DNA of 64,000 nucleotides from Octopus vulgaris (GCA_951406725.2 OX597830.1:1860001-1924000); one strand, 5' to 3'. Positions 30,001 to 42,122 are shown, counted from the stretch's first letter. Notes: generated from the letters alone by a model not told the origin. Translations and numbers: made by a program.

Positions 30001-30203
30001 AGAATTCAAATTTGATTGGAAAGAATTCAAATTTGATTCCAAAGAATCGTAATTTGATCGGTAAGAATTTAAATTTGATGGCAAATAATTCAAATTTTAT
30101 TGCAATGAATTCAAATTTGATTGCAAAAATTCAAATTGATTGCAAGGAAATCCAATCTGATGTCACAGTATTCAAATTTGTTTGCAAAGATTTTAAATTA
30201 GAT
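1..30203. repeat. 21-bp tandem satellite, consensus GAATTCAAATTTGATTGCAAA (about 1,400 units; runs off the left edge of the window)
   Basis: Directly visible 21-bp period with an EcoRI site in each consensus unit. It decays into unique sequence at about 30,130-30,203. The heptad ORFs (IAKNSNL, CKEFKFD, LQSNLNS, FAIKFEF) are its translations. Confidence 0.99.
13952..14051. other. Assembly gap (100 N) inside the satellite
   Basis: Run of exactly 100 N, a typical placeholder for a gap of unknown size. Confidence 0.99.
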
Positions 30204-30404
30204 CAAAATCATCTGTAATAAGTGTACAAATACGTATGTCTGTCCTCAAAGAACACAACTGTGTGGAATGCAACAGTGTTAACCTGCGACAAGTATACTA
30301 AGAAGATAGTTTACTTATAACCTCACTGATACACGCTCCCATCCCATCACTTCACTTAACTTCTCCCATTGTAGCACAATCAGTAAAATTGTACTCTTTT
30401 GTTT

Positions 30405-31775
30405 ACAATGTGAAGTATTCCTGTTGATCTGATTGATAGAACAGCCTGCTCACGAAATTACTTTGGAAGTGATCAAGCACTCCACATTTAATCCCTGACC
30501 CTTAATGCAGTCTTCAGAAAGACTCAACTGCACACAGTATGGAACAAGACTGGCCCTTTGAATTTCGTTTTTGCCAGCAATGTAGACTGGAGCAACTGGG
30601 AAAATGTGTTTTGCTCTATGCAATGGTATTTGTAGACTTTTCTAAAGCGTTCGATTCTGTTGATAGGTGCAAGATGTTTGAAATCCTTAAGCTCTATGGG
30701 ATACCAGACAAAATTATTTCTGCAATCAAGGTCCTCTACACAGATACGTCTTCAACCATCTTAACCCCTGATGGAGAAACATCATCTTTCTCGATCGAGG
30801 CCGGAATACTGCAGGGAGACACACTCGCCCCATTTCTTTTCATCATTGTTGTTGATTATGTGCTACGTATGTCAGTTGATACCATCTCTGGCAAGGGCTT
30901 TGAAATAAAACCAAGAAGAAGTTTCCAGACACCCAGCTGAGTACTTGACAGACACTGACTTTGCTGACGACATCGCTCTTATCAGTGATTCTCTCTCCAA
31001 TGCCCAGTCTCTTTTACAATCTCTTGAACAAGCCTCAAATTGTGTAGGTCTTTACCTTAATGAGACCAAAACTGAATACATAAACAAGTGCCTGTCCATC
31101 ATCCACACTCTCAACAGTGCACCTTTAAATATGGTTTCTGATTATAAATATCTTGGGTCATACATATCATCATCTGGAAAAGACTTTCTAACTAGAAAGG
31201 GTATGGCCTGGTCAGCCTGTAATGACATGCATAAGATCTGGTCATCAAATCTAAGTAGAGACTTCAAACTTGAAATATTCAAAGCCACAGTCGAACCAAT
31301 CCTACTATATGGCTCAGAAACCTGGACGTTATCAAAGAAGCTTGAGAGGTGGTTGGATGGAACCTACACTTGCCTCCTTATGAGAGCTCAAAATCTCTCG
31401 TGAAGGCGCCATCCAACTAAAATGCAAATATATGGGAAATTACCACCTGTGTCATCTCTTGTGAAGGGTAGGAGAGTCCAGTTTGCTGGACATTGTTGTA
31501 GAGCTGAAAAAGAAGTAATTTCTACTCTTCTCCTCTGGAAGCCATCTACTCGCAACACCAGAGGGCGCACACTCTCCTACCCTGATGTAATCTCCAGGGA
31601 TACAGGCATCCAGCAACAGGACCTCCGTAATGCTATGATGGACCGTGAAGTCTGGCGCAACATGGTAAATTCCATTGTCTCGACCACGGTCGAACAATGA
31701 TGATGATTTGCTCTATGACACAATGTGCCATTGACTTTACAATCGTGGGCTGAATATCCTAACCACTCGGCCATA
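30405..31775 (-). mobile_element. Degenerate SINE split by an RTE insertion (parts about 30,405-30,620 and 31,707-31,775)
   Basis: The sequence gttgatctgattgatagaacagcctgctc...ggccctttgaattt...gactggagcaac...tttgctctatg resumes after the LINE as acacaatgtg...cctaaccactcggcca, the reverse complement of a tRNA-like head. Family resemblance to octopus SINEs is from recall. Confidence 0.6.
30621..31706 (+). mobile_element. 5'-truncated RTE-clade LINE (RT and C-terminus), pseudogenised, with 11-bp TSD
   Basis: RT motifs FVDFSKAFDSV, GILQGDTLAPFLF, DFADDIAL, YKYLGS and LLYGSETW. It ends in a (TGA)n tail. TSD tttgctctatg at 30,610-30,620 and 31,707-31,717. Confidence 0.92.
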
Positions 31776-32687
31776 GACCTTCTCACCATTGGCAACATTT
31801 CACCTGTAATTAACCTAGCGAAGAAGACAGTGCAGGTGTGTTTCGGTTACAGAAGTGATCCCAAATCAGTGCCCAGTGAATATGTCATTAATATCTCCAA
31901 CTGATACATTACATCAATTAACATTAGACATTTATCGTTTTTAGTGGGGTTTTGAAAGCCTGTTAACATTTGAATGCTCCCAGCAACATGTCGCTATCAG
32001 TGAAGTGCCCCAAACCCTGTTTTCTGCCATGAGAATGTCAGTGATATGAGGTAGAATTCTAAATTAGATAGTGAAGATCCACAATCCACAAATTATTTCA
32101 TCCAACACTCTTCTTCTATTTCAAACAATCCACTGACTGAAACTGCGTCTTTATTTATTAACTTTGAATAAAGAAAGAATAGGAAACTTGACTACAGCAG
32201 GATCCCAACTCAGAATGCTGAAAGTAGGAAGGAATGCTGGTTTCAAACTTTGGCATAAGGCCATCAATTTTGGGGTAATGTGTAAGTTAATTACATCAAC
32301 CCCAGTACACAACTGGTACTTCGTTTGTCAAACCCAAAAGAATGAAAGACAAAGTGGATCCCAGCAGAATAAAGAAAGAATAAACATCATTAGCTGTTTT
32401 AGCTTAACTATAAGGATTCTGTCCATTCCCTAGAAGGGGTAAAACTAAATTGAAAAGCTGTCACCATCAGTAATGTTAGTTTAACAAGAACTTAGCTACA
32501 GCAGTGAAATAATGACAATATATGAATGTCTTTTACTGTGATTATGGGAACTGTACCAAATATGGGTTGGCTGGTGATTGCTCCATTATTGGATTCTTCG
32601 TTTCATGTGGGGAGTTCTGAGAACCATCACAACAAATGTACTTGATTGTATGAAAAGAGAAAAGAGATTTGCTATGGTTGGTAAATG

Positions 32688-32721
32688 ATAATAAATAATA
32701 ATAATGATAATAATAATAATG

Positions 32722-32785
<64 letters not shown>
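32688..32785 (+). repeat. (TAA)n microsatellite, 5' flank of the R4/Dong element
   Basis: Direct sequence. Confidence 0.98.
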
Positions 32786-32787
<2 letters not shown>

Positions 32788-35700
32788 CCGGGGGAGGGGG
32801 ACGTTTAGAACTCCGGGGGACGTTTAGAACACCGGGGGACGTTTAAGATGTAAGAAGGATAAAACAGAGCTCCGAAATCTATCCACAAACATCGAAAACA
32901 AGGACATCGTATGGAGCCAAAGATTGACTAACAAAGAATTGGACTGTATCCGAGTAAGTAATACTAATTGAAATTTATTACTATTTTCGAAACGAAATGA
33001 TGTATTTTGACTCGTTATCATCTCCACCTCTAACACAACACATGTAAACATGCGTGGTGCATTACGATCCATCAACACCAGATCATCCCCGACCCCAAAC
33101 ACCATGTACAAAGGAACTATGAAGAAATTAAATGCCACCGATATTATTCAACCCAAGAATAACAATCGGGAGGTTCGTACTTTAAACTTACAACACAAAT
33201 TGTACGAAAAACTACACGTGCAAAACAATGTGACAAACAGAAATGAACCCTACAAAAATGACGACCGGCAAAATAATGGGCCGGACGTTGTTCCTCATGT
33301 CCCGCAAGTAAAACCCAAAAGATATAAATGGACACGTGAGGAATACATTTCTATCCTACACGCTTACTTCACAGCAGTGCTCTACCCAAAAAATGAAAAC
33401 ACAACAACACATACATATAAAATATGGAAGGAATATAACATGAATATAGGCTTGGATACAGCAATGAACCCTAATAAATTAGCTAACGTACGAAGATACA
33501 TTCTCAACGCAAAAAAATATCAGAAATAGAATTAGAACATCTAAAAGAAAACATACACCAGGAAAATGTAGATAGAAGCCACACAACAATGCCCAATGAT
33601 ATAAACACTGAAACAGTAAAACACAAAGACAAACGTAACATTCCCAACAAACACGATGTAAACAAAAAACAACAAACCCAGATCGTAAGGATGCATAATA
33701 ATACACGACAAACAGCAAGCCAAAACACGGCAAACAAACATATAAATAAGAAAGAAAGCGACACAAAGCTAAAACCTGGAAACAATGAAGGTGAGCCTAA
33801 TGACTATGATAATATAAAAAGTAAAATAATCAAAGAACTGAAAACCACAGAGCTCAAAATGGACCACCGACCATACCTCCCAAAAATCAAAATAGACGAA
33901 ACAACAACACCAATTATAAACAGCATAAACCTAGCCGTCACGGAACTAATAGCCACTGAAACAAAAAGCGATATCACTGAGCTAAATGACTTAGTATACG
34001 CAGCAGCCAATGCAGCCACAAAAGAAGCTGGATACTCACTCAAACCCATCCAAACAGGAGTACCACCACCCAAACAAACCCTGTGGATAAATAACATCCG
34101 AAACAAAATACAAAATATGAGAAAAGATCTGTCGATTCTTAATGAAATCAGTAGACAATAAACGCTACTGAGCAACAAAAAGAAAACAAAAATACTCTGC
34201 AAATATACCATCACAGAAAAAGATTTACCTGAGATAAAAGAAAAGCTGAAGCATGATATCCTTGCCAAAGCACAAAGGATCTGCCGGTACAAGAAATGCC
34301 AGCGCTTCTTTGAACAAAAAGTTCAACTCCAGCCCCCAAAAGTTCTACCAAGAACTTGGCAAAAATAAAATAGAAATCACTGCAGCACCAACGGCAGAAG
34401 AAGTGGAAGAATTCTGGAGAGAAATATGGTCGGCGAACGAACCAAAAACAAAAAGGAGTATTAAAACAACAAACTCAGCATCTGAGCAACTTTGAACCCC
34501 CATAACAACTGAAGAGGTCACCCAGGCACTGCAAAGACTAAGCAACTGGAAGGCACCTGGGCATGACAAGATCCTCAACTTCTGGTTGAAATATCTAACA
34601 GGAATACACAAAAAGCTGGCTGAAAACTTTAACAACGTACTAGCAGAGCCAGAGACAATGCCTGAATGGCTCACGAAGGGGAAAACCATCTTAATTCCCA
34701 AATCAAATGAGACAGCAAAACCAGAAAACTACAGACCAATAACCTGTCTCCCTACAATGTACAAGGCATTTACTGCAGTGATATTGCAAAGGTTGAACAA
34801 GCACCTGGACGAAAACAACCTGTTTACAGAAGAGCAGAAAGGATGCCGCAAAGGCTCATATGGCTGTAAAGATCAACTAATGATTAATAAAGCCATAACT
34901 GAAGACAGCCACAGAAAGAAGAAAGGCCTCAGTATGGCCTGGATTGACTACAAAAAGGCGTTTGATAGCATCCCCCACACATGGATCCTCGAAACAATAG
35001 CTATTAACAAAGTAGCACCAACCATTATAAAATTCATAGGGCACTCTATGAATAAATGGCAGACAGTTCTACAGCTCCATACAAAAGAGGGACTCATGAA
35101 AACCAAAGCCATCCCCATTAGAAGAGGAATATTCCAGGGAGACATGCTCTCTCTACTCCTTTTCTGCTTGGCACTGTCACCTCTATCTGATATGCTAAAT
35201 AGAACTGGATGCGGATATAAATGTTACGGCAAAACGATCAGCCACCTTTTATATATGGATGACCTAAAACTATACAAACAGCTGGAAACACTATTAAAGA
35301 CAGTTCATGGATTTACCAAAGAAATAGATATGAAATTTGGATTAGAAAAATGCGCCAAAGTAACCATGAAAAGAGGAAAACTAGTTAAGAGTAGCAACAT
35401 CACACTAGAAAAAACCAATGAAATAAAAGAATTAGAGCAAAGCCAAACTTACAAATACTTAGGAATCCATGAACTAGATAAGACACAACACACACAAATG
35501 AAAGAGAAAATAAAAAAAGAATATTATAGACGAGTTAGATCAATACTAAAAACAGAGCTCAATGCTAAAGACAAGATAATAGGTATTAACACTTTAGCTG
35601 TCCCAGTTATAAGTTACAGCTACAATATCCTTAACTGGACACTAAATGAACTGACCAAAATAGATAGGAAAACAAGAAAAATAATGACAGGATTTAGGAT

Positions 35701-36940
35701 GCATCACCCAAAATCTGACATAGAAAGACTATACGTACAACGTATAGAAGGTGGTAGAGGCCTTATACAGCTGGAAAATACTATAAAATAACCACCATAG
35801 GACTGCAAAAATATCTACTTCAGAAGGAAGGAAAACTGATACAAATATCGCCAAAACACGAGCAAAACGAAAAACTGTTCTCAGTATTTAAGGAAGCTGA
35901 CAAATACAAACAAGAAATCATACCACCTAATGAATATGAAGAAGAAGAAGAAGAAGAAGAAGAAGAAGAAGAAGAAGAAGAAGAAGAAGAAGAAGACGAT
36001 GAAGAAACAACAAAAGCAATAAAACAAATGAAATCCAACTAAAAATAGAACAGCAACGAACCATGATAAAACGATGGCAAGAAAAGCCCCTTCATGGTAA
36101 ATACTGGACTAAACTAAATGCAAAAGAAATAGACAAAGAAAAATCCCAGCAATGGTTGAGAAGCTCAGGACTCAAAGCAGAGACAGAGGGATTTTTAATT
36201 GCAGCACAAGACCAAAGCCTCCTCACCAGAAATTACCAAATTCATGTAATGAAAAGAAATATAACAAGTAACTGCAGAATATGTGGAGATGGACAAGAAA
36301 CAATAAATCATATTATCTCTAGCTGCCCAGTCCTGGCTAAGAAGGAATATATTCACAGACATGACAGAGTTGGGACCTACATACAATGGAAGCTATGCCA
36401 ACATTATGGAATAACAACAGAAAAAAGATGGTATAGGCACACACCAGAAAAGGTCACAGAAAACGAGAAAGCAACCATCCTCTGAGATATGCCGATACAC
36501 ACAGATAGAGAAATTAAGGCCAACAGACCAGATATAGTTGTCAGAGATCATGAAGAAAAAAATGCTTTCTAATTGATGTATCAATACCGGCAGATGACAA
36601 CGTGTCTCTAAAAGAAATGGAGAAACTCTCAAAATACAAAGACCTGGAAATAGAGGTAACCAGAATGTGGAATCTAAAAACAGAAACAATTCCTATCATA
36701 GTAGCTGCATTAGGCATGATAAAAAAATATTCAGACAAATACATAACAAAAACACCAGGACTTACAAACACATATAACATACAGAAAATTGCACTACTAG
36801 GCACTGCACACATCCTACGCAGAACACTTTCCATACAATAACCATCAGAGCATCACAACAAATTACAGCACATACCCAAGGCACACAGAGCTGTGCTCGG
36901 TAGTGAAGTGAAAGCACGCTATAAAAATAAAACTACTGAA
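32786..36940 (+). mobile_element. Near full-length R4/Dong-clade non-LTR retrotransposon (RT plus restriction-like endonuclease), ORF broken by several stops and frameshifts
   Basis: N-terminal KRYKWTREE motif. RT motifs NWKAPGHD, NYRPITCL, WIDYKKAFDS, GIFQGD, LYMDDLK, YKYLG. CCHC knuckle CRICGDGQETINHIISSC, then RHD, RPDIV..LIDVS..K..KY (PD-(D/E)xK nuclease) and terminal LGTAHILRRTL. No poly(A) tail; both ends abut (TAA)n. Confidence 0.93.
35938..35994 (+). repeat. (GAA)19 tract inside the R4/Dong ORF (poly-Glu)
   Basis: Direct sequence; lies between the RT thumb region and the CCHC knuckle. Confidence 0.97.
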
Positions 36941-37319
36941 TAATAATAATAATAATAATGATAATAATAACAACAGCAACAACAACAAGAATTATGATGA
37001 TGATGATGATGATTCTTTTATTTTCTGTGTTTGTACATGTGTGTCATGTAGGCATTATTTCTGTTGCTCATAAATATTAACATGTGTACATGGATGCATG
37101 GACAGTTGCATATATAGGTGACTGTTCAAATTATGTACTTGCTGTGTAAGTGGTGTTTTTCCAGGTTTCCTGGTGCTGCATTAGACTACTCACCTATATT
37201 GCACTGAGATATTGTGCATTTAAGAAAGAAATTACACAACAAAAATCTTTCCAGTTTTTTTTAGTACCTTTGCTTTAACAGAACTTTTCCCACAGTTGTG
37301 AAGTTTCCTTCCATCACAC

Positions 37320-37959
37320 ATTGGAGAATATTAAACACCACAAAATCAGCACTCCTGCTTACTGGTATGAACATCATCCTGAGCCAGACGTTGAAAGTAA
37401 AAATGCCACTATCCTCTGGGATTTTCCAGTCAACACTGACAGAACGATCCAGGCTACTTGACCAGACATAGTCATTAAAGACAGAGAAAAAATATTTATA
37501 AACTAATAGATGTAAGTGTTCCCACTGATGAAAATATATTTGTCAAGGAATTTGAGAAACTAAGTAAATATAAAGACCTGGAAATTGAAAAACAAAAGCT
37601 GTAGCAACTTAAAATGAGAACTGTTCCTGATATTGTTGGTGCCCTAAGTATGATAAAAAAGGGATGTCAGAAACATCTACATATCCCAGAGGAACCATGT
37701 CTCAGAGAAATCCAAAAGATTGTCTGACAAGTTCTACCCACATCCTTAGAAAAACCCTATCTATTTAAATGTCTGAATTGTATTACATGAAGATATTTCA
37801 CTACCTTCTCTCTCCAAGCTTTCAGCGATACTGTAACATCACTTATCCTTCACTCGCCCCAGGGCACTGGGTGTGTCTTGGCAAGTGAATGTAACAAAGA
37901 TGCAGATTAAAAGTAGAAAAAAATAGATAAATACAAGCAAAATAAATAAAAACAAAATG

Positions 37960-37960
<1 letters not shown>
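37320..37960 (+). mobile_element. R4/Dong 3' fragment no. 2 (RLE domain and 3'UTR)
   Basis: Manual translation WYEHHPEP..ATILWDFPVNTDRTI..PDIVIKD..LIDVSVP..KLSKYKDLEIE..HILRKTLSI*. Followed by (TAA)n at 37,961-38,026. Confidence 0.88.
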
Positions 37961-38026
<66 letters not shown>

Positions 38027-38030
<4 letters not shown>

Positions 38031-38360
38031 GAGGAAAGATTGATAAATATGGGGACCTGAAAATTGAGATCGCAAAGATGTGGCAGCTATGTGAGTCACA
38101 CATAGAGGTTGCCCCTATTGTCATCAGAGCATTGGGTTAAATACCACCCAACCTGAAGAAACATCTGGGAATTTTAGAAATAAGCTACAATCTAGGTGTA
38201 TTGCAAAAATTGGTGTTACATAGAACTGTACACATATTGCATAAAGTACTGTTTGTCTGAGGTCCTTGTTGTGACTTGACAAACAGTACAAACCCCCAGG
38301 AGACATTACATCTTCAATCAACAACCTCATGATATTGTATACTGTCCGACGTCTATCGTA
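38027..38360 (+). mobile_element. R4/Dong 3' fragment no. 3
   Basis: KIDKYGDLKIEIAKMW..VAPIVIRALG..LQKLVLHRTVHILHKVL. (TAA)n on both sides (37,961-38,026 and 38,380-38,455). Confidence 0.85.
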
Positions 38361-38390
38361 ATAGTAATGATGAGGATGATAATAATAATA

Positions 38391-38455
<65 letters not shown>

Positions 38456-39935
38456 TGCAAAGCTTATGATATCATTCTACATTTGTAGACCATTGAGTGC
38501 TTAGATCTGTTTGGAATTGTGAGGAATGCAATGTGTTTTCTGAAGAGAAGTACGGTGGGGTGCAAAACTGAATTGACATCATACAGAAAAAGCTTGGGGC
38601 CCCAGTATCAGAATAGAAATTTTCCAGGGTGATAGCTTATCCCCATTCCTTTTTGTTCTCTGCATGATACTCCTGACCTTGGTACTCAGGAAAATGATGA
38701 ACCTGGGGCACCATCTAAATGGAAAATCCCAAACAATCAACCATCGACTCTTCATAGATGATTTGAAAGTGTATGGCAAAGAGGAGACACATGCGAGTTC
38801 CTTGGTGAACAGTCCACTGGTTTAGTATTGATATGAAAATAGAATTTGGACACAGGAAGTGCAGAATAATATACCTAAAAAGAGGCAAGGTACAGTCCCT
38901 AGTAGGGTTAGAATTACCAAACAGAGACTTGATTAAACAAATTGAAATGGAAGGCTACAAATACTTTGGTGTACGAGATAATGCAACGAGGAAATGAAAG
39001 AGCAACTGAGCAACTGAGGATGGAGTATTTCCGAAGACTGAGGCTGGTGTTGTGCTCAAAATTTACTGGATGGAATAAAATCCAAGCAGTTAATGCATGG
39101 GTGATAGCATTGCTTTGGTATGGAATTGGGAATTATAAAATGACAAAAGAGAGAAGTGAAGAAAATGGATACTAAGACCAGAAAAATGTTGACAGTACAT
39201 GGAGCTTTCCACCCTAAGAGTAACACCAATAGGCTGTACTTGCCCAGAAGGGTAAGAGAGATTTGATCAGTTGTGAGGACTGTGTCGAAACAGGAAAACA
39301 GCTTAAGGGGGTATATAAAAAAATGCTGTGGAGCCATTGTTGAAACACTCAAAGAAGGCTGGCATCATCAAAACTAAAAATTGTGTAATGAAAGAAATAT
39401 TTAAACAAGAAATGAACACAAAAAAGCATGGAAAGAAAAAAAATGTACATTCAGTTTGCAAGGGATGTGAACACCAAGACGGATGCAGAGGACTGTTGGC
39501 TATGGATGAGGAGGAGTGAGCTGAAGATAGAGAGGGAAGCAATCATTTGCACAGCTGAAGAACAAGCAATAAGGACCAATTATGTTAAGTGCAGAATACA
39601 CAACACTTGTGACAGTGACAAATGCAGAATGTGTGGTGAAAGGGATGAAAGGGCACAGAACACGAAAGATACCATGACAATGTGGTAAGAATGATCCATT
39701 GGGGGCTCCTTCAAAATAACGGCCAATAAAGAGCAAAGATGTAGTATGAGAAAACCCCAGAAGAAGTCACCAAGAATGAGAATTGCAAAATTGTGTGGGA
39801 TCACCTGACCAGACTTAGGAAACTGGACATTGGACATTGTTGTGGTGAATAAAAAAAAAGAACATGTATGTTAATCAACATAGCATGCCCCAGGGATAAC
39901 AAGATCAGTGTGGAAGAAGAAGAAAACGAAGAAAT
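38456..39935 (+). mobile_element. R4/Dong fragment no. 4 (RT to start of RLE), heavily decayed
   Basis: KAYD, IFQGDSLSPFLF, LFIDDLKVYG, GAFHPKS..RLYLPR, LKIEREAIICTAEEQAIRTNY, CRMCGERDE. Starts immediately after (TAA)n. Confidence 0.88.
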
Positions 39936-39939
39936 AATG

Positions 39940-40196
39940 TTTTGTTCAACATTCTTAAACAATCCTTATTCAAGGACCATTCAAGTGCGATGGGCTCCTT
40001 GACCTGAAGAAAATTCTAACTGGGCTCCACCTGCAAGGTCATGTACTGTTTATCTTCACATGGGATCACCATTTCACACACATATTGTTGTGAAGCATGT
40101 GCCTGGTGTACCCTTATCAGACAGGTAGTCATGATGGGTATACTAGGCTTCGTATATTTTACCCCAGTGTCAATTTGATGGCATGCTCTGCTCTCT
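39940..40196. mobile_element. Probable SINE/interspersed repeat fragment
   Basis: Abrupt end of R4 homology. The sequence (cccttatcagacaggtagtcatgatgggtatact...) resembles an octopus interspersed repeat from recall; followed by (TAA)n at 40,197-40,292. Confidence 0.4.
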
Positions 40197-40237
40197 TAAT
40201 AATAATAATAATAAAAATAATAATAATAGTAATAATG

Positions 40238-40292
<55 letters not shown>

Positions 40293-40293
<1 letters not shown>

Positions 40294-40700
40294 CCCTTCT
40301 CTCATAGGCACAGGAAATGTTGGGAGAAGGGGATAGTTAATTACATCGATACCAGTAGGCAACTGGTACTTATTTTATCAACCCTGAAAGGATGAAAAGC
40401 AAAGTCAACCTCAGTGGAATTTGAACTTAGAACATAGCGATGGGAGAAATACCACTAAGCATATTGCCCAGTTTGCTGCCTTATCAACAATAATACTAAT
40501 GATGAGGATGGTGGTTTCAAAATTTGACACAAGACCAGCAGTTTTGAGGAAAGAGTAAAGGCATTATGCCAACCTCACTACTCAACCGCTACTTATTTTA
40601 TCTACATTGACAAAATTTGAACTCAGGGCATAAAGATGGATGAAATGCCACTAAGCACTTTGCCCGACCTTGCTAATCATTCTGCCAGCTTGCTGCCTTA
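40293..40700 (-). mobile_element. Two decayed tRNA-derived SINE copies in tandem
   Basis: Both resemble the copy at 47,168-47,361 (ctggtacttattttat..gaaaggatgaaa..aatttgaactcag..ctaagca). Reverse-complement B-box-like gttcaaattcc. Confidence 0.7.
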
Positions 40701-40762
40701 TTAATAACAATAATAATAATAATTTATGAAGCTTCAAGTAACTTTTCCTGAAGGTAAATAAT

Positions 40763-40891
40763 CAATAAGAAGAGTACGATACGATTTGTAATAAATAGAG
40801 ATTGAGTGTTTATTGAACTGACTTTCATTATTAAACTATTCAATAAACTGTGTCAGTCTCTATTACAAATCATATTAAGCTCTTCTTATTG
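40763..40891. repeat. Imperfect fold-back (inverted repeat, about 55-bp arms)
   Basis: caataagaagag..atttgt..aatagaga..gtttattgaa pairs with ttcaataaac..tctctatt..acaaat..ctcttcttattg across a 21-nt loop. Confidence 0.85.
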
Positions 40892-40900
40892 CTTAATAAA

Positions 40901-40947
<47 letters not shown>

Positions 40948-40949
<2 letters not shown>

Positions 40950-42122
40950 GAAGGCTGTAAATACTTGTGAAGTATCATTACTTAGACACCCAGCAGCTTT
41001 TGTGGATTGGACAAAGACTAAATTAGCAAACCTAGACAGAATAGCTAGGAAGGAATTCAATATGAATGCAGGACTCCATCCAAGGGCAGGAGTAGCAAGA
41101 TTATACCTACCTAGAAAGGAAGGCAAAAGTGGGTTAATATTGGTAGAAGACTGTGTGGAGTTAACTAGAGCAGATATGGACTCCTATGTAGGTAATAGTG
41201 AAGGAAGTTTATTAAAAGCTGCTAGAGTCATAGCAGGATATAGGGAAACCAAAAACCCAAATGTAGTTAAAAACCAGAAAAAAGAACAAAAATTATCTGA
41301 CTGGCAGGAGAATCTACCATTGCCTGGTAGATTCCCAAAGATAGTTACAGCAAACAGTAGTAGTGAGATATGGTTATGATTACAGAAAGGAAAGTTGAAA
41401 AGGGAGACAGAAAATGTGTTAGGAGCTGCACAAGAACAAGCACTCAGGACTAATTGGATAAGAGCCAAGATAGACAAATACCAAGTAGATTTCTAATGTA
41501 GGTTATGCAAATCAAAAGAGGAAAGCATTACTTTTATAGTAAGTGAATGTAGCATGCCAGGACAGAAAGAATACCAGAAAAGACATGACAACCTTGAGCG
41601 AGTAATACACTAGGAGCTATATAAAAAGCTAAGATTTAGTCATACTGATAAATGGTATGAACGTGAACTAGCAAAGTACTAGAAAGTAAGAAATACAAGA
41701 TTTTCTGGGATTTTAACATTTGGACTGACAGAGTAATAGAAGCCAGAAGGGCTGATTTAGTAGTAGGAGGAGGTAGAGAGAATAGAAAGTGGCAAATAGT
41801 TGACTTTACAGTCCAAATGATGAAAAAATCAGTATGAGAGGTATTGAAAAAATAGCAAAGTACCAGACCCTAGCCATTGAATTACAGAGACTATGAAAAT
41901 GCAAATAAAATGTATCCCAGTAGTTATAGGTACATTGGGAACTATCTCTAAATATCTGAACTGGTGGATAAAGGAAACAGTTTAGTACAGCTGCAGAAAA
42001 CAGTGTTATCAGAGAAAGCTTGGATACTTAGGAGGGTTCTTGGCATCTAAGATGATTTGTTGAAGCACGATGCTAGAATATTTTCCTTCTCCAACAGTCT
42101 CATCAGTTATGTGTATATGACA

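Noticed and set aside
1-30203. CRISPR array or giant repeat-protein genes
   Set aside because: There are no unique spacers or cas genes. The ORFs arise because four of six frames of the 21-mer lack stops; they are not annotated as CDS without expression data.
33804-36834. Antisense ORFs over the R4/Dong element
   Set aside because: Shadows of the A-rich sense ORF with no recognisable motifs.
37014-37319. Possible inverted R4 3' fragment or twin-priming 5' inversion before copy no. 2
   Set aside because: Only a faint PGNLEKH-like remnant on the minus strand; too decayed to support.
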